Shown in pieces: positions 1 through 7,985 of a stretch of 43,731 nt of DNA. Source of the stretch: a virus (Duplodnaviria; Caudoviricetes); the IMG/VR virus record IMGVR_UViG_3300012200_000004, positions 1 to 43,731 of that record; one strand, 5' to 3'. The position numbers and the translations under genes were made by a program. Each line of letters opens with the position of its first letter. Positions within the stretch are counted from its first letter, which is position 1. The notes below the pieces were generated by a model that saw only the letters and a list, made by a program, of their open reading frames with translations, had not been told where the DNA came from and did no database searches.

Positions 1-123
1 ACGGCCAAGCTCGCCAAGGCCAAGACCGACCTTCTGAACACCACGAAGATCAAGGCTAAGAACGCCTTGAAGGCCGACATCACCGATCTCCAGAACAAGA
101 TAGCCCGGGCCAAGCAGTTGCTG
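1..123. repeat. 123-bp direct terminal repeat (identical to 43609-43731); circular assembly overlap
   Basis: Exact match of both window ends; tape-measure frame is continuous across the junction. Confidence 0.95.
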
Positions 124-606
124 GCCGACCAGTCGCGCCGAAAGTCGAAGTCGGCCATCCGGGCGGACATCAGTCAGCTCGAAAGGCAGATCGCTGCGGC
201 CAAGCGGGACCTGAACAACCTGAACGGCAAGACGGTCACGACCTACGTGGTCAACTACACCCAGCAGCGCAACGCTGGGTACGCCGGAAACAGCGCTACC
301 GGTGGCCGGGCGCGGGGCGGCATCATAGGGTACGCCCAAGGAGGGCTTGTACGGGCCTCTGCGGCGGCTCGCAGCGTCCTGGTGGGGGAGGAGGGCCCGG
401 AGCTCGTGAACCTGCCCCCAGGCGCCCGCGTGAACACCGCCGGGGCTACCCGCGGAATGATGGGCCAGGGCAACGGTCCGGCGAACGTCACCCTGACGAT
501 CCGCAGCGGCGGAGGCAAGGTTGATAACATGCTGGTCGAAATCCTCCGCCACGCCGTCCGTGTCCGCGGAGGGAACGTCCAGTTCGCAGTGATGGGTAAG
601 GGGTAA
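1..606 (+). CDS. tape measure protein, C-terminal part (continues from 42301 across the junction)
   Basis: Same frame as 42301 via the terminal overlap; coiled-coil region then A-x-GG...VGEEGPELV motif typical of TMP C-termini. Confidence 0.85.
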   Translation, partial: TAKLAKAKTDLLNTTKIKAKNALKADITDLQNKIARAKQLLADQSRRKSKSAIRADISQLERQIAAAKRDLNNLNGKTVTTYVVNYTQQRNAGYAGNSATGGRARGGIIGYAQGGLVRASAAARSVLVGEEGPELVNLPPGARVNTAGATRGMMGQGNGPANVTLTIRSGGGKVDNMLVEILRHAVRVRGGNVQFAVMGKG

Positions 607-608
607 CC

Positions 609-3600
609 GTGGCTTTCCCGCAGAGCGCACTTCCGCTCAAGGTCCACATGAAGTTCGACGGAACCAACTGGACCGACGTCTCCGGAGATGTGTACTACGC
701 CGACCAGATCAGCATCACGGCTGGAGCCGGAGACGAAGGCGCCCGGGTCGACACGTCGACGTGCCGGTTCACGCTGGACAACACGACGGCCAACTACACG
801 CCGGACAATCCGACGGGCGCCTACTACCCGAACATCGGCCGGAACACCCCGGTGCGGGTTTCGGCGCTCACCGGAACGACGGCTCTGTTCATCACGGGCA
901 CCAACGACGGAAAGGCTTCGACGCCGGACGCCGCCGCTCTGGACATCCTGGGCGATATCGACGTCCGGCTGGAGGCCGAAATCTGGAACTGGACGAAGGC
1001 CGCCGGGCAGGCATCGTTCGGGCGCACCGAGCTTATCGGCAAGCACACCACGACAGGCAACAAGTCGTGGCTTCTGGCGACCCAGGACGGGGCGCTGTAC
1101 TTCGAATGGTCGTCCGATGGCACGAACACCCTGTCGGCGCAGACCGCTTTCCCTCTGAAGATTTCCAGCTCCACCGGCCGGATGGCGGTCCGCGCCACTC
1201 TGGACGTCGATAACGGCGCTTCGGGCCGGACGGTGACTTTCTACCGGTCGACGTCCATAACCGGCGACTGGGAGCAGATCGGAACGTCGATCGTCCAGGC
1301 CGGTACGACTTCTATCTTCAACTCGACTTCTTCGCTGGCTATCGGCGACGCCACCGGATTCTTCTACGAGACGCCGCTCGGCCGCATCTTCAAGGCCGAG
1401 GTCCGCAACGGAATCAACGGCACGGTAGTCGCCAACCCGGACTTCACGATCCAGGCCGAGGGTGCCACGTCGTTCAACGACGCTACGGGCAAGACGTGGA
1501 CGACCCAGAACTCGGCGGAAATCACCCAGCGGAAGATCCGGTTCGTCGGCGAGGTTTCGTCCTGGACGCCCAGGGTCCAGCAGAAGTCCCGCCGGTATGT
1601 CGACGTCGAAGCCGGTGGGGTGATGCGCCGCCTGGGCGCTACCGATATCGTCCTGAAGTCGGCGCTCGACCGAGACATCACGCAGACCACCGGCGCCCGC
1701 TCGAACGTCATAGCCTACTGGCCTATGGAGGACGGGCCCGACGCCGACGGATTCGCTTCCGGGCTGCCTACCGGTACGTCGACACTTCTCACCGCTTCAG
1801 GTATCGACAAGGCCTCGTATGCCGACTATGCAGCGTCAGGACCTATCCCCACCTTCACCAACGGGGTCTCCCGCGGCTTCGTCCCGACCTACAGTTCGAC
1901 CGGATACATCTCGGTCCGCTGGTTCGCGGCCGTGCCCTCCACCGGTACGGCCGGAACCCGGACGCTCATGTACCTGACGACCAACGGGACGGCGGCTTCG
2001 TGGCGCGTCCAGGTCGATACCGGGGGCAGCCTGATCATCTCGGCTTACGACAGCAACGACCTGTCGATCTACAACTCGGGCGCCGTCGGGTTTGCCGTCA
2101 ACGGGACTCAGCGGATGATGGAGTTCACGCTGGCCACGTCCGGCGCGGATATCAACTACGGGCTCAACCTGGCCGTCCTGGAAACCGCGACGATCAACAA
2201 CGTGAACTACAACACCGCTAGCGGCACCGTTACCGGCGTCACGGTGGGCGCCGCCCAGCAGGTCCACATGGGCTCCCTGGCCGACCTTGCCGGTACGGCC
2301 CTCGGTCAGGTGTCCGTAGCCATCCAGCCGAACTCCTACAGCAACTCCAACGGGTCGCTAGTGAACTGGAAGGGCGAGCCCGCCGGTGAGCGGCTTGCCC
2401 GCATGCAGACCGAGACAGGTTATGTCATCTCCTCGGCCGGGCGTTCGTACTGGGCGCAGGGAGGCCAGGGTGAAACTGACCTGTTGACCCTGCTCCGGGA
2501 TATCGCGACCACGGAGACGGGGATCCTCTGCGAGAACCGGGACGTGATCGGCTTCCATTACCGGGCGCCGGATTCGCTGACCAATCAGACGCCTACCATG
2601 ACAATCCCGTTCACCGGCGACATCCTGGTCGAGCCGTTCGGGCCCGACTATGACGACCTGAAGATCGTGAACGCGTTCACCGCCAACCGGAAGGATGGCG
2701 GATCGGCAACCCTGACCCAGACGACCGGGCGCATGCAGATCGCCAACCCGCCCACCGGCGTGGGGCGGTACGAGGGATCCGACCAGTTCAACCTATTCGC
2801 CGACACGCAGACGATCGACGCCGCCGGTTTCCGGCTGAACATCGGGACTTATGCCGGATCCCGGTTCTCCCGGATGACGGTCCTGCTACAGAAGAACGCC
2901 GCCCAGACCGAAGCTGCCTGCCGCACCTATGTGGGCGACATCATCAAGGTGACCGGCCTGCCCTCCTGGGCGTGCCCGGACAGCACCATCCTCCTGAAGG
3001 TCGAAGGCTACACGGAGACGATCAACCAGTTCCAGTGGCAGATCGACTACACGCTCAGTCCGGCCGGACCATGGGAAGGTGCGGTCACCACGCTCGACAC
3101 GGCAACCGGAACGACGGCTTACGACGCCAGGCAGTGGACGAGCGTCGACACCGACGGATCCACGCTGTCCGCAGCTCTCTCGTCGGGCGCGACCAGCGTG
3201 GGAATCCTGACGGCGATCGCCTCCAACCCATGGACGTCCAAGCAGGGCGACTCCCCGTACAACCTGACGTGCGCCGGAGAGGTGATGCGAATCGAATCAC
3301 CCTCGGCCCTGACGATCCCGAACAGCTTCTTCGACACCAGCGCGGCCAACTGGTCGGGCACGAACGCATCGGTCTCCTGGGTGGCCACACCGACCGCTCC
3401 GCACCCGTCGGCTACCGGTTCGCTGCTCGTCACCCCCAACGGGGTGTCCGCTTCCGGTGGCGCTAGTTCCGCGAAGTCGGGTGTCGGCACGATCAACGTC
3501 GGCGGCCAGTACACGACCTCGATGTGGGTCTACTCGCCCGGCGGCTGGTCGGATCTTCGGCCCTCTGTCGACTGGTACGACTCCTCGGGGGTGTTCGTCA

Positions 3601-4496
3601 GCTCTAGCATCGGCGTGGCCACGGTTGTGGCTGCCGCCCAGTGGACGTATATCGAGCAGACCTTCACGGCCCCCGCGCTGGCCTCCCAGGCAGTGATGGG
3701 CCCCCGCTTCGGGGGCACTCCGACCTCTTCGAATATCTACTACGTGTGGGGCGCCCGAGTGTGCAACACAAAGGCCTCGGCCGTTTTCGACCAGTTCGGA
3801 CGGACCCTGACCGACACCTGGGGTACTACGGACACAGTCCAGACCTGGACGAATACCGGCGGGGTCGCCGCGGACTACGACGTGCTGTCCGGATATGGGC
3901 GCCATATCAACCCGGCCACGTCGGTCGGTCACCATTCGGTGGTCACGTCGCCCAGCGCTTCGTTCGACATCTACTGCGACATCGCGGTAGCGGCTCTGTC
4001 TACCGGCGCGTCCCAGTTCTGCGGAGTTCTCGCTCGGTACACCTCGATCGACAACCTGTATGAGGCCCGGGTCGAATTCACGACGACCAACACGATCCTG
4101 CTATCCGTCCGCAAGCGAGTTACCGCGGTGGAAACCCAGATCGCCACGTTTACTACCCAGCTCACGAACGTGGCCGCCCAATTCGTCCGGGTGCGCTTCC
4201 AGGGCGACGGCTCGAACCTGAAGGCCAAGATCTGGCTTCCGACGGCCAGCCTGACTGAGCCCAATCCCTGGTCGATCGAGACGACGGATTCGGCCCTGGT
4301 GGCGGCCGGTAGCATCGGAGTGAAGTCGGTCCGCGGCGCCGGTAACACCAACGTGAACGCCGATAGCCGGTTCGAGAACTTCGAGCTGGTCAACCCTCAG
4401 TCCTTCACTGCGACCCGGTCCTTCAACGGTGTCGTCAAAGCCCAGTCCTCGGGGGCCGCGATCTCGCTGACCACCCCGGCTATCGTAGGAGTCTGA
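609..4496 (+). CDS. large minor tail / tail-tip protein with LamG/ConA-like and carbohydrate-binding-like domains
   Basis: 1295 aa, T/S/G-rich beta protein directly after TMP; IAYWPMED LamG-like motif; NSFFD...W CBM4/9-like segment. Confidence 0.75.
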   Translation: MAFPQSALPLKVHMKFDGTNWTDVSGDVYYADQISITAGAGDEGARVDTSTCRFTLDNTTANYTPDNPTGAYYPNIGRNTPVRVSALTGTTALFITGTNDGKASTPDAAALDILGDIDVRLEAEIWNWTKAAGQASFGRTELIGKHTTTGNKSWLLATQDGALYFEWSSDGTNTLSAQTAFPLKISSSTGRMAVRATLDVDNGASGRTVTFYRSTSITGDWEQIGTSIVQAGTTSIFNSTSSLAIGDATGFFYETPLGRIFKAEVRNGINGTVVANPDFTIQAEGATSFNDATGKTWTTQNSAEITQRKIRFVGEVSSWTPRVQQKSRRYVDVEAGGVMRRLGATDIVLKSALDRDITQTTGARSNVIAYWPMEDGPDADGFASGLPTGTSTLLTASGIDKASYADYAASGPIPTFTNGVSRGFVPTYSSTGYISVRWFAAVPSTGTAGTRTLMYLTTNGTAASWRVQVDTGGSLIISAYDSNDLSIYNSGAVGFAVNGTQRMMEFTLATSGADINYGLNLAVLETATINNVNYNTASGTVTGVTVGAAQQVHMGSLADLAGTALGQVSVAIQPNSYSNSNGSLVNWKGEPAGERLARMQTETGYVISSAGRSYWAQGGQGETDLLTLLRDIATTETGILCENRDVIGFHYRAPDSLTNQTPTMTIPFTGDILVEPFGPDYDDLKIVNAFTANRKDGGSATLTQTTGRMQIANPPTGVGRYEGSDQFNLFADTQTIDAAGFRLNIGTYAGSRFSRMTVLLQKNAAQTEAACRTYVGDIIKVTGLPSWACPDSTILLKVEGYTETINQFQWQIDYTLSPAGPWEGAVTTLDTATGTTAYDARQWTSVDTDGSTLSAALSSGATSVGILTAIASNPWTSKQGDSPYNLTCAGEVMRIESPSALTIPNSFFDTSAANWSGTNASVSWVATPTAPHPSATGSLLVTPNGVSASGGASSAKSGVGTINVGGQYTTSMWVYSPGGWSDLRPSVDWYDSSGVFVSSSIGVATVVAAAQWTYIEQTFTAPALASQAVMGPRFGGTPTSSNIYYVWGARVCNTKASAVFDQFGRTLTDTWGTTDTVQTWTNTGGVAADYDVLSGYGRHINPATSVGHHSVVTSPSASFDIYCDIAVAALSTGASQFCGVLARYTSIDNLYEARVEFTTTNTILLSVRKRVTAVETQIATFTTQLTNVAAQFVRVRFQGDGSNLKAKIWLPTASLTEPNPWSIETTDSALVAAGSIGVKSVRGAGNTNVNADSRFENFELVNPQSFTATRSFNGVVKAQSSGAAISLTTPAIVGV

Positions 4497-4497
4497 A

Positions 4498-5013
4498 ATG
4501 CCCCAGTTCCCCACTATCTACGCAGGTCAGAGGATCACGTCCAGCCTACTCACCTCGATGGAAACGTTGCAGGCCACGAAGCTGTCGTCTACCTCGCGAG
4601 CCTCGACGACCACCAACACCGACGACCCGGACCTGACGCTGAGCCTTCCGGCGAACTCGTCGTACATCGTCGACGGCTTGATTCTCTTCGCGGCGGACCC
4701 GGCGGCCGACCTGAAGATCGGGTACACGGTTCCGGTGAGCGGCACATTTACCTGGTCTATGTTCGGCCAGCCGTCGACTACCACGACAACGTCGGGCACG
4801 GTCATCACCGACGGCCAGTCCGCGGGATCTACGGGCTTCATGCTTGGCGGCGTGACCAGCAACGCGAAGGTCATGACCGCCCAGATGAAGGGATTCCTGA
4901 CGCTGGGCTCCACGGCCGGAGCGTTCACTTTCCAGTGGTCGCAGGGAACGTCCAACGCCCTGGCCACATCCGTCCAGGCCGGTAGCTACCTCCTCCTGCA
5001 CCGGGTCGCCTGA
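4498..5013 (+). CDS. minor tail / tail fibre-like protein
   Basis: Last gene of the tail block; N-terminal 'AGQRITSSLL' pattern of actinophage tail proteins; beta-rich. Confidence 0.6.
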   Translation: MPQFPTIYAGQRITSSLLTSMETLQATKLSSTSRASTTTNTDDPDLTLSLPANSSYIVDGLILFAADPAADLKIGYTVPVSGTFTWSMFGQPSTTTTTSGTVITDGQSAGSTGFMLGGVTSNAKVMTAQMKGFLTLGSTAGAFTFQWSQGTSNALATSVQAGSYLLLHRVA

Positions 5014-5057
5014 TACGATCCCCGTGGGATGGAAGTTCCGGTGCCTCGGGACGGCGA

Positions 5058-5092
5058 GAAGCCCCTCACTGCTAGGGCCAGTGAGGGGCTTC
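5058..5092. terminator. bidirectional hairpin terminator between convergent blocks
   Basis: 14-bp perfect stem GAAGCCCCTCACTG/CAGTGAGGGGCTTC. Confidence 0.8.
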
Positions 5093-5109
5093 GTTCTTGT
5101 CTAGTGGGG

Positions 5110-5616
5110 CTAGACTTGATCCTCGTACAACCGGTACAGGTCCCCGGGGGTGACATCCCCAGGCCAGCGGCCGTCCGCGAAGAGCTGCCAGCCACCGGCT
5201 TCGGCCGCGAAGTCCGCGAGCTGACTGCAGATCATGTGATGGGTTGCCCCCACATAGTCCCGCAGGCGCCCGGACGGTAGGTGCAGCCGGAGGGCCGCGA
5301 TAGACAGGTAGTCGACGAAGCTGTACGGCGTACCGACCAGGTTCAGGGCCGCTCGGGCGACCCGCTCCCGGTGCTCGTCGGGGCAGCGGAGGTAGACCGC
5401 CTCGTGGTAGTTCGAGACGTGGACAGCTCCGCCCGGCATGGCTTCGACGATCGTCTCGTCAGAGGACGCCGTTCCAGCTTCGGTGACGACCACAAACGCA
5501 TGCTCATAGTCCTTGAAGCCGTCCCCGTTCAGCCACTGGCCGAAGCGGATGGCCTTGCCGACCACGCCGCTGATCTGGGTGAGGCCGATGTCGCCCGGCC
5601 GAGGCTGGTAGCTCAT
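5110..5616 (-). CDS. permuted papain-like (NlpC/P60, YiiX/YebB-type) cysteine amidase
   Basis: PGDI start, YEHA (His), G-T-PY, ICSQL (Cys): His-before-Cys permuted order. Confidence 0.75.
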   Translation of the reverse strand: MSYQPRPGDIGLTQISGVVGKAIRFGQWLNGDGFKDYEHAFVVVTEAGTASSDETIVEAMPGGAVHVSNYHEAVYLRCPDEHRERVARAALNLVGTPYSFVDYLSIAALRLHLPSGRLRDYVGATHHMICSQLADFAAEAGGWQLFADGRWPGDVTPGDLYRLYEDQV

Positions 5617-5732
5617 CGTCCCCGCCCGTTTCCGCTGCCGCTGAAGATGAGAAGCAGGGCGACGATGATCAGGATGATCCCGCCTCCGCCACTGATGGAC
5701 CTGCTGGTGTCTGCCGCGAACTCGATCATCAT
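5613..5732 (-). CDS. small membrane protein (38-39 aa)
   Basis: Manually translated; GIILIIVALLLIF segment; start/stop overlaps with both neighbours. Confidence 0.6.
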   Translation of the reverse strand: MMIEFAADTSRSISGGGGIILIIVALLLIFSGSGNGRGR

Positions 5733-6043
5733 GAACCTTCCAGTTCTACCCGGGCCCTCAGGGCGTTGAGCTTCGAGTCGAGGTAGGCCTGAGGGTCCTC
5801 GACCCAGTCATACAGAGCGACCATAGCCGTGATGATCACGTCGGTCAGTTCGTGGGCGATGTCCATCTCGGACTTGTTCCGGCCCTTGCGCTTGTTGCCG
5901 CCCGAGTAGCCGATGAAGGCCTCCATGACCTCACCAACTTCCTCGGACAGTTTCATCAGTCGCAGGGCATCTCCGCCGTCGACGACCGAGTAATCGTCCT
6001 GGTAGTCGCGGATCTTCCGGTGGATGTGGCTGTACGTGCTCAC
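5729..6043 (-). CDS. MazG-like nucleotide pyrophosphohydrolase
   Basis: KLSEEVGEV...ELTDVII MazG EExxE/ExxD motif. Confidence 0.85.
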   Translation of the reverse strand: MSTYSHIHRKIRDYQDDYSVVDGGDALRLMKLSEEVGEVMEAFIGYSGGNKRKGRNKSEMDIAHELTDVIITAMVALYDWVEDPQAYLDSKLNALRARVELEGS

Positions 6044-6465
6044 GCGCCTTCCTCCAGGACTTCGTTGATGAACTCGTCGATCAGGTCGTCGAAGTGCTCT
6101 TCGCCCAGCCGGATGACGGTGTTGGCATCGTTGAGGAACGCGATGACCCTCTCCGCGGGGAGAGCCAGATCGGCGTGGCCCGAGGCGTTCCGCAGGCAGA
6201 CAACGACCCGCATGAGGGATCCCGAGGCGAAGTACTTGAACTTGACGTCGCCCTGACCAACCGGGGTCACCGAGGTCACGCCGCGGGTCAGAAGCTCGCG
6301 CGAGAACACCCAGACGACATCCTCCTGGGCGCCGTCAGCCCTGATGACCATCTGAACGGCGATCGGGTCGTACTCCTCGTCGAACGTCAGGGTGATATTG
6401 GTCGGGATCTGGCACTTCTGCTCGCCAACCTTGAGGAGCGTGCCCTGAAACTCGTGGCTGATCAT
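6040..6465 (-). CDS. ssgA: SsgA-like (SALP) sporulation/cell-division protein
   Basis: DP-x-AV, W-x-F-x-RELL-x-x-G, P-x-G-x-GDV, FL...GEE: SALP signature motifs. Confidence 0.85.
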   Translation of the reverse strand: MISHEFQGTLLKVGEQKCQIPTNITLTFDEEYDPIAVQMVIRADGAQEDVVWVFSRELLTRGVTSVTPVGQGDVKFKYFASGSLMRVVVCLRNASGHADLALPAERVIAFLNDANTVIRLGEEHFDDLIDEFINEVLEEGA

Positions 6466-7334
6466 CAGCCCTCCTTGTGTTGCTGAATGCGGTACGCGGA
6501 CTCGATGGTGCGTTGGATCTCGAAGTCTCCCAGGCCAGCCTCAGCGGCTGCCGGGCCGAGAACGTCCTGGGCGACCTGGAGCGAGGCTTTGTCGCTGTAC
6601 ATAGCCCTGGCCGCCCATAGCAGGGCGTTGTTCCTGTTGCCCTCCCCGGCGTTACGGACCGAGTCGACCAGACCCGACCAGGAGATAGCTCCGGGCTGCA
6701 TCAGCCCCTTGGGCCGACTGATGCGGGGCTGCTGGGGCTTCTCGGCGACCAGAAGGCGAATCCACTGCGGGGGGAGGCCGGGCATCAGGTGGTGGTTGTC
6801 ACCGACGTACGATCCGTCGCCGACCTGTGACCCCTCGCCGAGGACGTAGCCGCCGTACTGGCCGCCGTTACCGCGGACGTCGACAATGCCCTTGACGGGT
6901 GAGGCCTGGGAGATCTTCGGCCAGTGGGCGGGCCAACGGTAGTAGAGGTGGAGGCCGCCGGACCGGGTGCGGACGCTGTAGACCGCCAGGTCAGAGGGGC
7001 TGTCGCCACCCAGCTTGTACGCCATCTCGTCGAACACCTCCTCGCCGTCGACCCGCGGGCCGTAGGCGTCGTGCAGGTGCGCCCACTCGGTGCCGCGCAG
7101 CTTCCAGTCCTCTTTGGCGACATCCAGATCGACGACCAGGAGCTGGGACGGCTTGCAGGCGACGCCGATATTGGCCTTCGGGTCGACCCTGGTCCAGAAG
7201 TAGACGATGGCGTTGATGTCGTTGGTGGCATTCTGCCCCCACTGCCCGGCGGAAGCGTGGGGGATCTTCTGGCCTGCGGCGACGGGGAAGATGTGGAACC
7301 CCCGAGCCTGAGCGTCCAGGGCCGCTTTCAGCAT
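6465..7334 (-). CDS. bifunctional DNA primase/polymerase (Prim-Pol) with C-terminal PriCT-like domain
   Basis: GFHIFPV, NIG, VVDLD, TRSGGLHLYY, DVRG..GYV, GxRN; start reset to ATG at 7334 (TGATG coupling). Confidence 0.9.
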   Translation of the reverse strand: MLKAALDAQARGFHIFPVAAGQKIPHASAGQWGQNATNDINAIVYFWTRVDPKANIGVACKPSQLLVVDLDVAKEDWKLRGTEWAHLHDAYGPRVDGEEVFDEMAYKLGGDSPSDLAVYSVRTRSGGLHLYYRWPAHWPKISQASPVKGIVDVRGNGGQYGGYVLGEGSQVGDGSYVGDNHHLMPGLPPQWIRLLVAEKPQQPRISRPKGLMQPGAISWSGLVDSVRNAGEGNRNNALLWAARAMYSDKASLQVAQDVLGPAAAEAGLGDFEIQRTIESAYRIQQHKEG

Positions 7335-7513
7335 CAGCCGATCACCAGCAACTCTCCAGTAGTGACGCACTGCCAGCACCGTAGGCCGTTCGGATTCTCG
7401 TGGTCGTCCTTGAACGAGTAGAGCTTGCCGTCGAACGGATAACAGGGCTTGAAGTAGTCGACCCGAGCGTTCTCGTCGAGTTCTTCGAGCCACTTGACCG
7501 CTTCGGGATTCAC
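7334..7513 (-). CDS. hypothetical protein (59 aa)
   Basis: GTG start overlaps upstream stop; stop overlaps Prim-Pol start. Confidence 0.6.
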   Translation of the reverse strand: MNPEAVKWLEELDENARVDYFKPCYPFDGKLYSFKDDHENPNGLRCWQCVTTGELLVIG

Positions 7514-7680
7514 CCTTCCTCCCCGAACGGGTCGTAGTCCCACCGACTGTCTCCGTCGACCGAAGCCTCCGGGTACCGCTCGGACCGAAAGCGCTCCGCG
7601 ATCGCGCATTCCAGCGGATCCGTCTCGCTTGCGGCGTCAGAGACGAAATCCCCCATGACGCGCTGCCTGCGCTCCTTCAT
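7510..7680 (-). CDS. hypothetical acidic protein (56 aa) directly after pup
   Basis: Manually translated MKERRQRVMGDF...DYDPFGEEG; fills the gap with GTGA coupling. Confidence 0.6.
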   Translation of the reverse strand: MKERRQRVMGDFVSDAASETDPLECAIAERFRSERYPEASVDGDSRWDYDPFGEEG

Positions 7681-7683
7681 GGC

Positions 7684-7911
7684 CTATTCACCGCCCTGCT
7701 GCACGTAATTCTGGACGAATTCCTGGGCGTTCTCTTCGAGGAGGTCGTCGATGTCGGCGAGAAGTTGCTCGTCCAGCACGTCGTCGATGTTCGCGAGGGT
7801 TTCCTCGGTGGAGTCGGCCAGCTCCTGGTTTACCGGCGCGGCCTTTGTCTCCTCGACCTCTTCGGTACGAGTGGCGGCCTTCTGCTTCTGGACCTGCTCC
7901 TGCTTTGCCAT
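7684..7911 (-). CDS. pup: prokaryotic ubiquitin-like protein Pup homologue (75 aa)
   Basis: Acidic, disordered-looking N-terminus; IDDLLEENAQEFVQNYVQQGGE C-terminus matches the Pup consensus; GGAGG RBS 4 nt before ATG. Confidence 0.92.
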   Translation of the reverse strand: MAKQEQVQKQKAATRTEEVEETKAAPVNQELADSTEETLANIDDVLDEQLLADIDDLLEENAQEFVQNYVQQGGE

Positions 7912-7930
7912 ATTACCTCCCGGTAACAAA

Positions 7931-7977
7931 GAGGGGAGCCCCTCAGGTAATATGTACTTACCCGAGGGGCTCCCCGC
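7931..7977 (-). promoter_or_regulatory. conserved long intergenic hairpin (copy 1; also a probable terminator after the endolysin)
   Basis: GGGGAGCCCCTCGGGTAA...TTACCTGAGGGGCTCCCC then TCTTTGTT; related to 24156-24202 and 25886-25929. Confidence 0.7.
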
Positions 7978-7985
7978 TAAACCTG

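Noticed and set aside
1-123. Terminal repeat as a biological DTR
   Set aside because: It falls mid-gene in the tape measure with the frame preserved; best explained as circular assembly overlap
6465-7493. 342-aa version of Prim-Pol and other over-extended starts (7929, 12790, 13630, 16215, 22574, 24373)
   Set aside because: The extensions overlap coupled upstream ORFs or non-coding elements; downstream starts have an RBS or stop/start coupling
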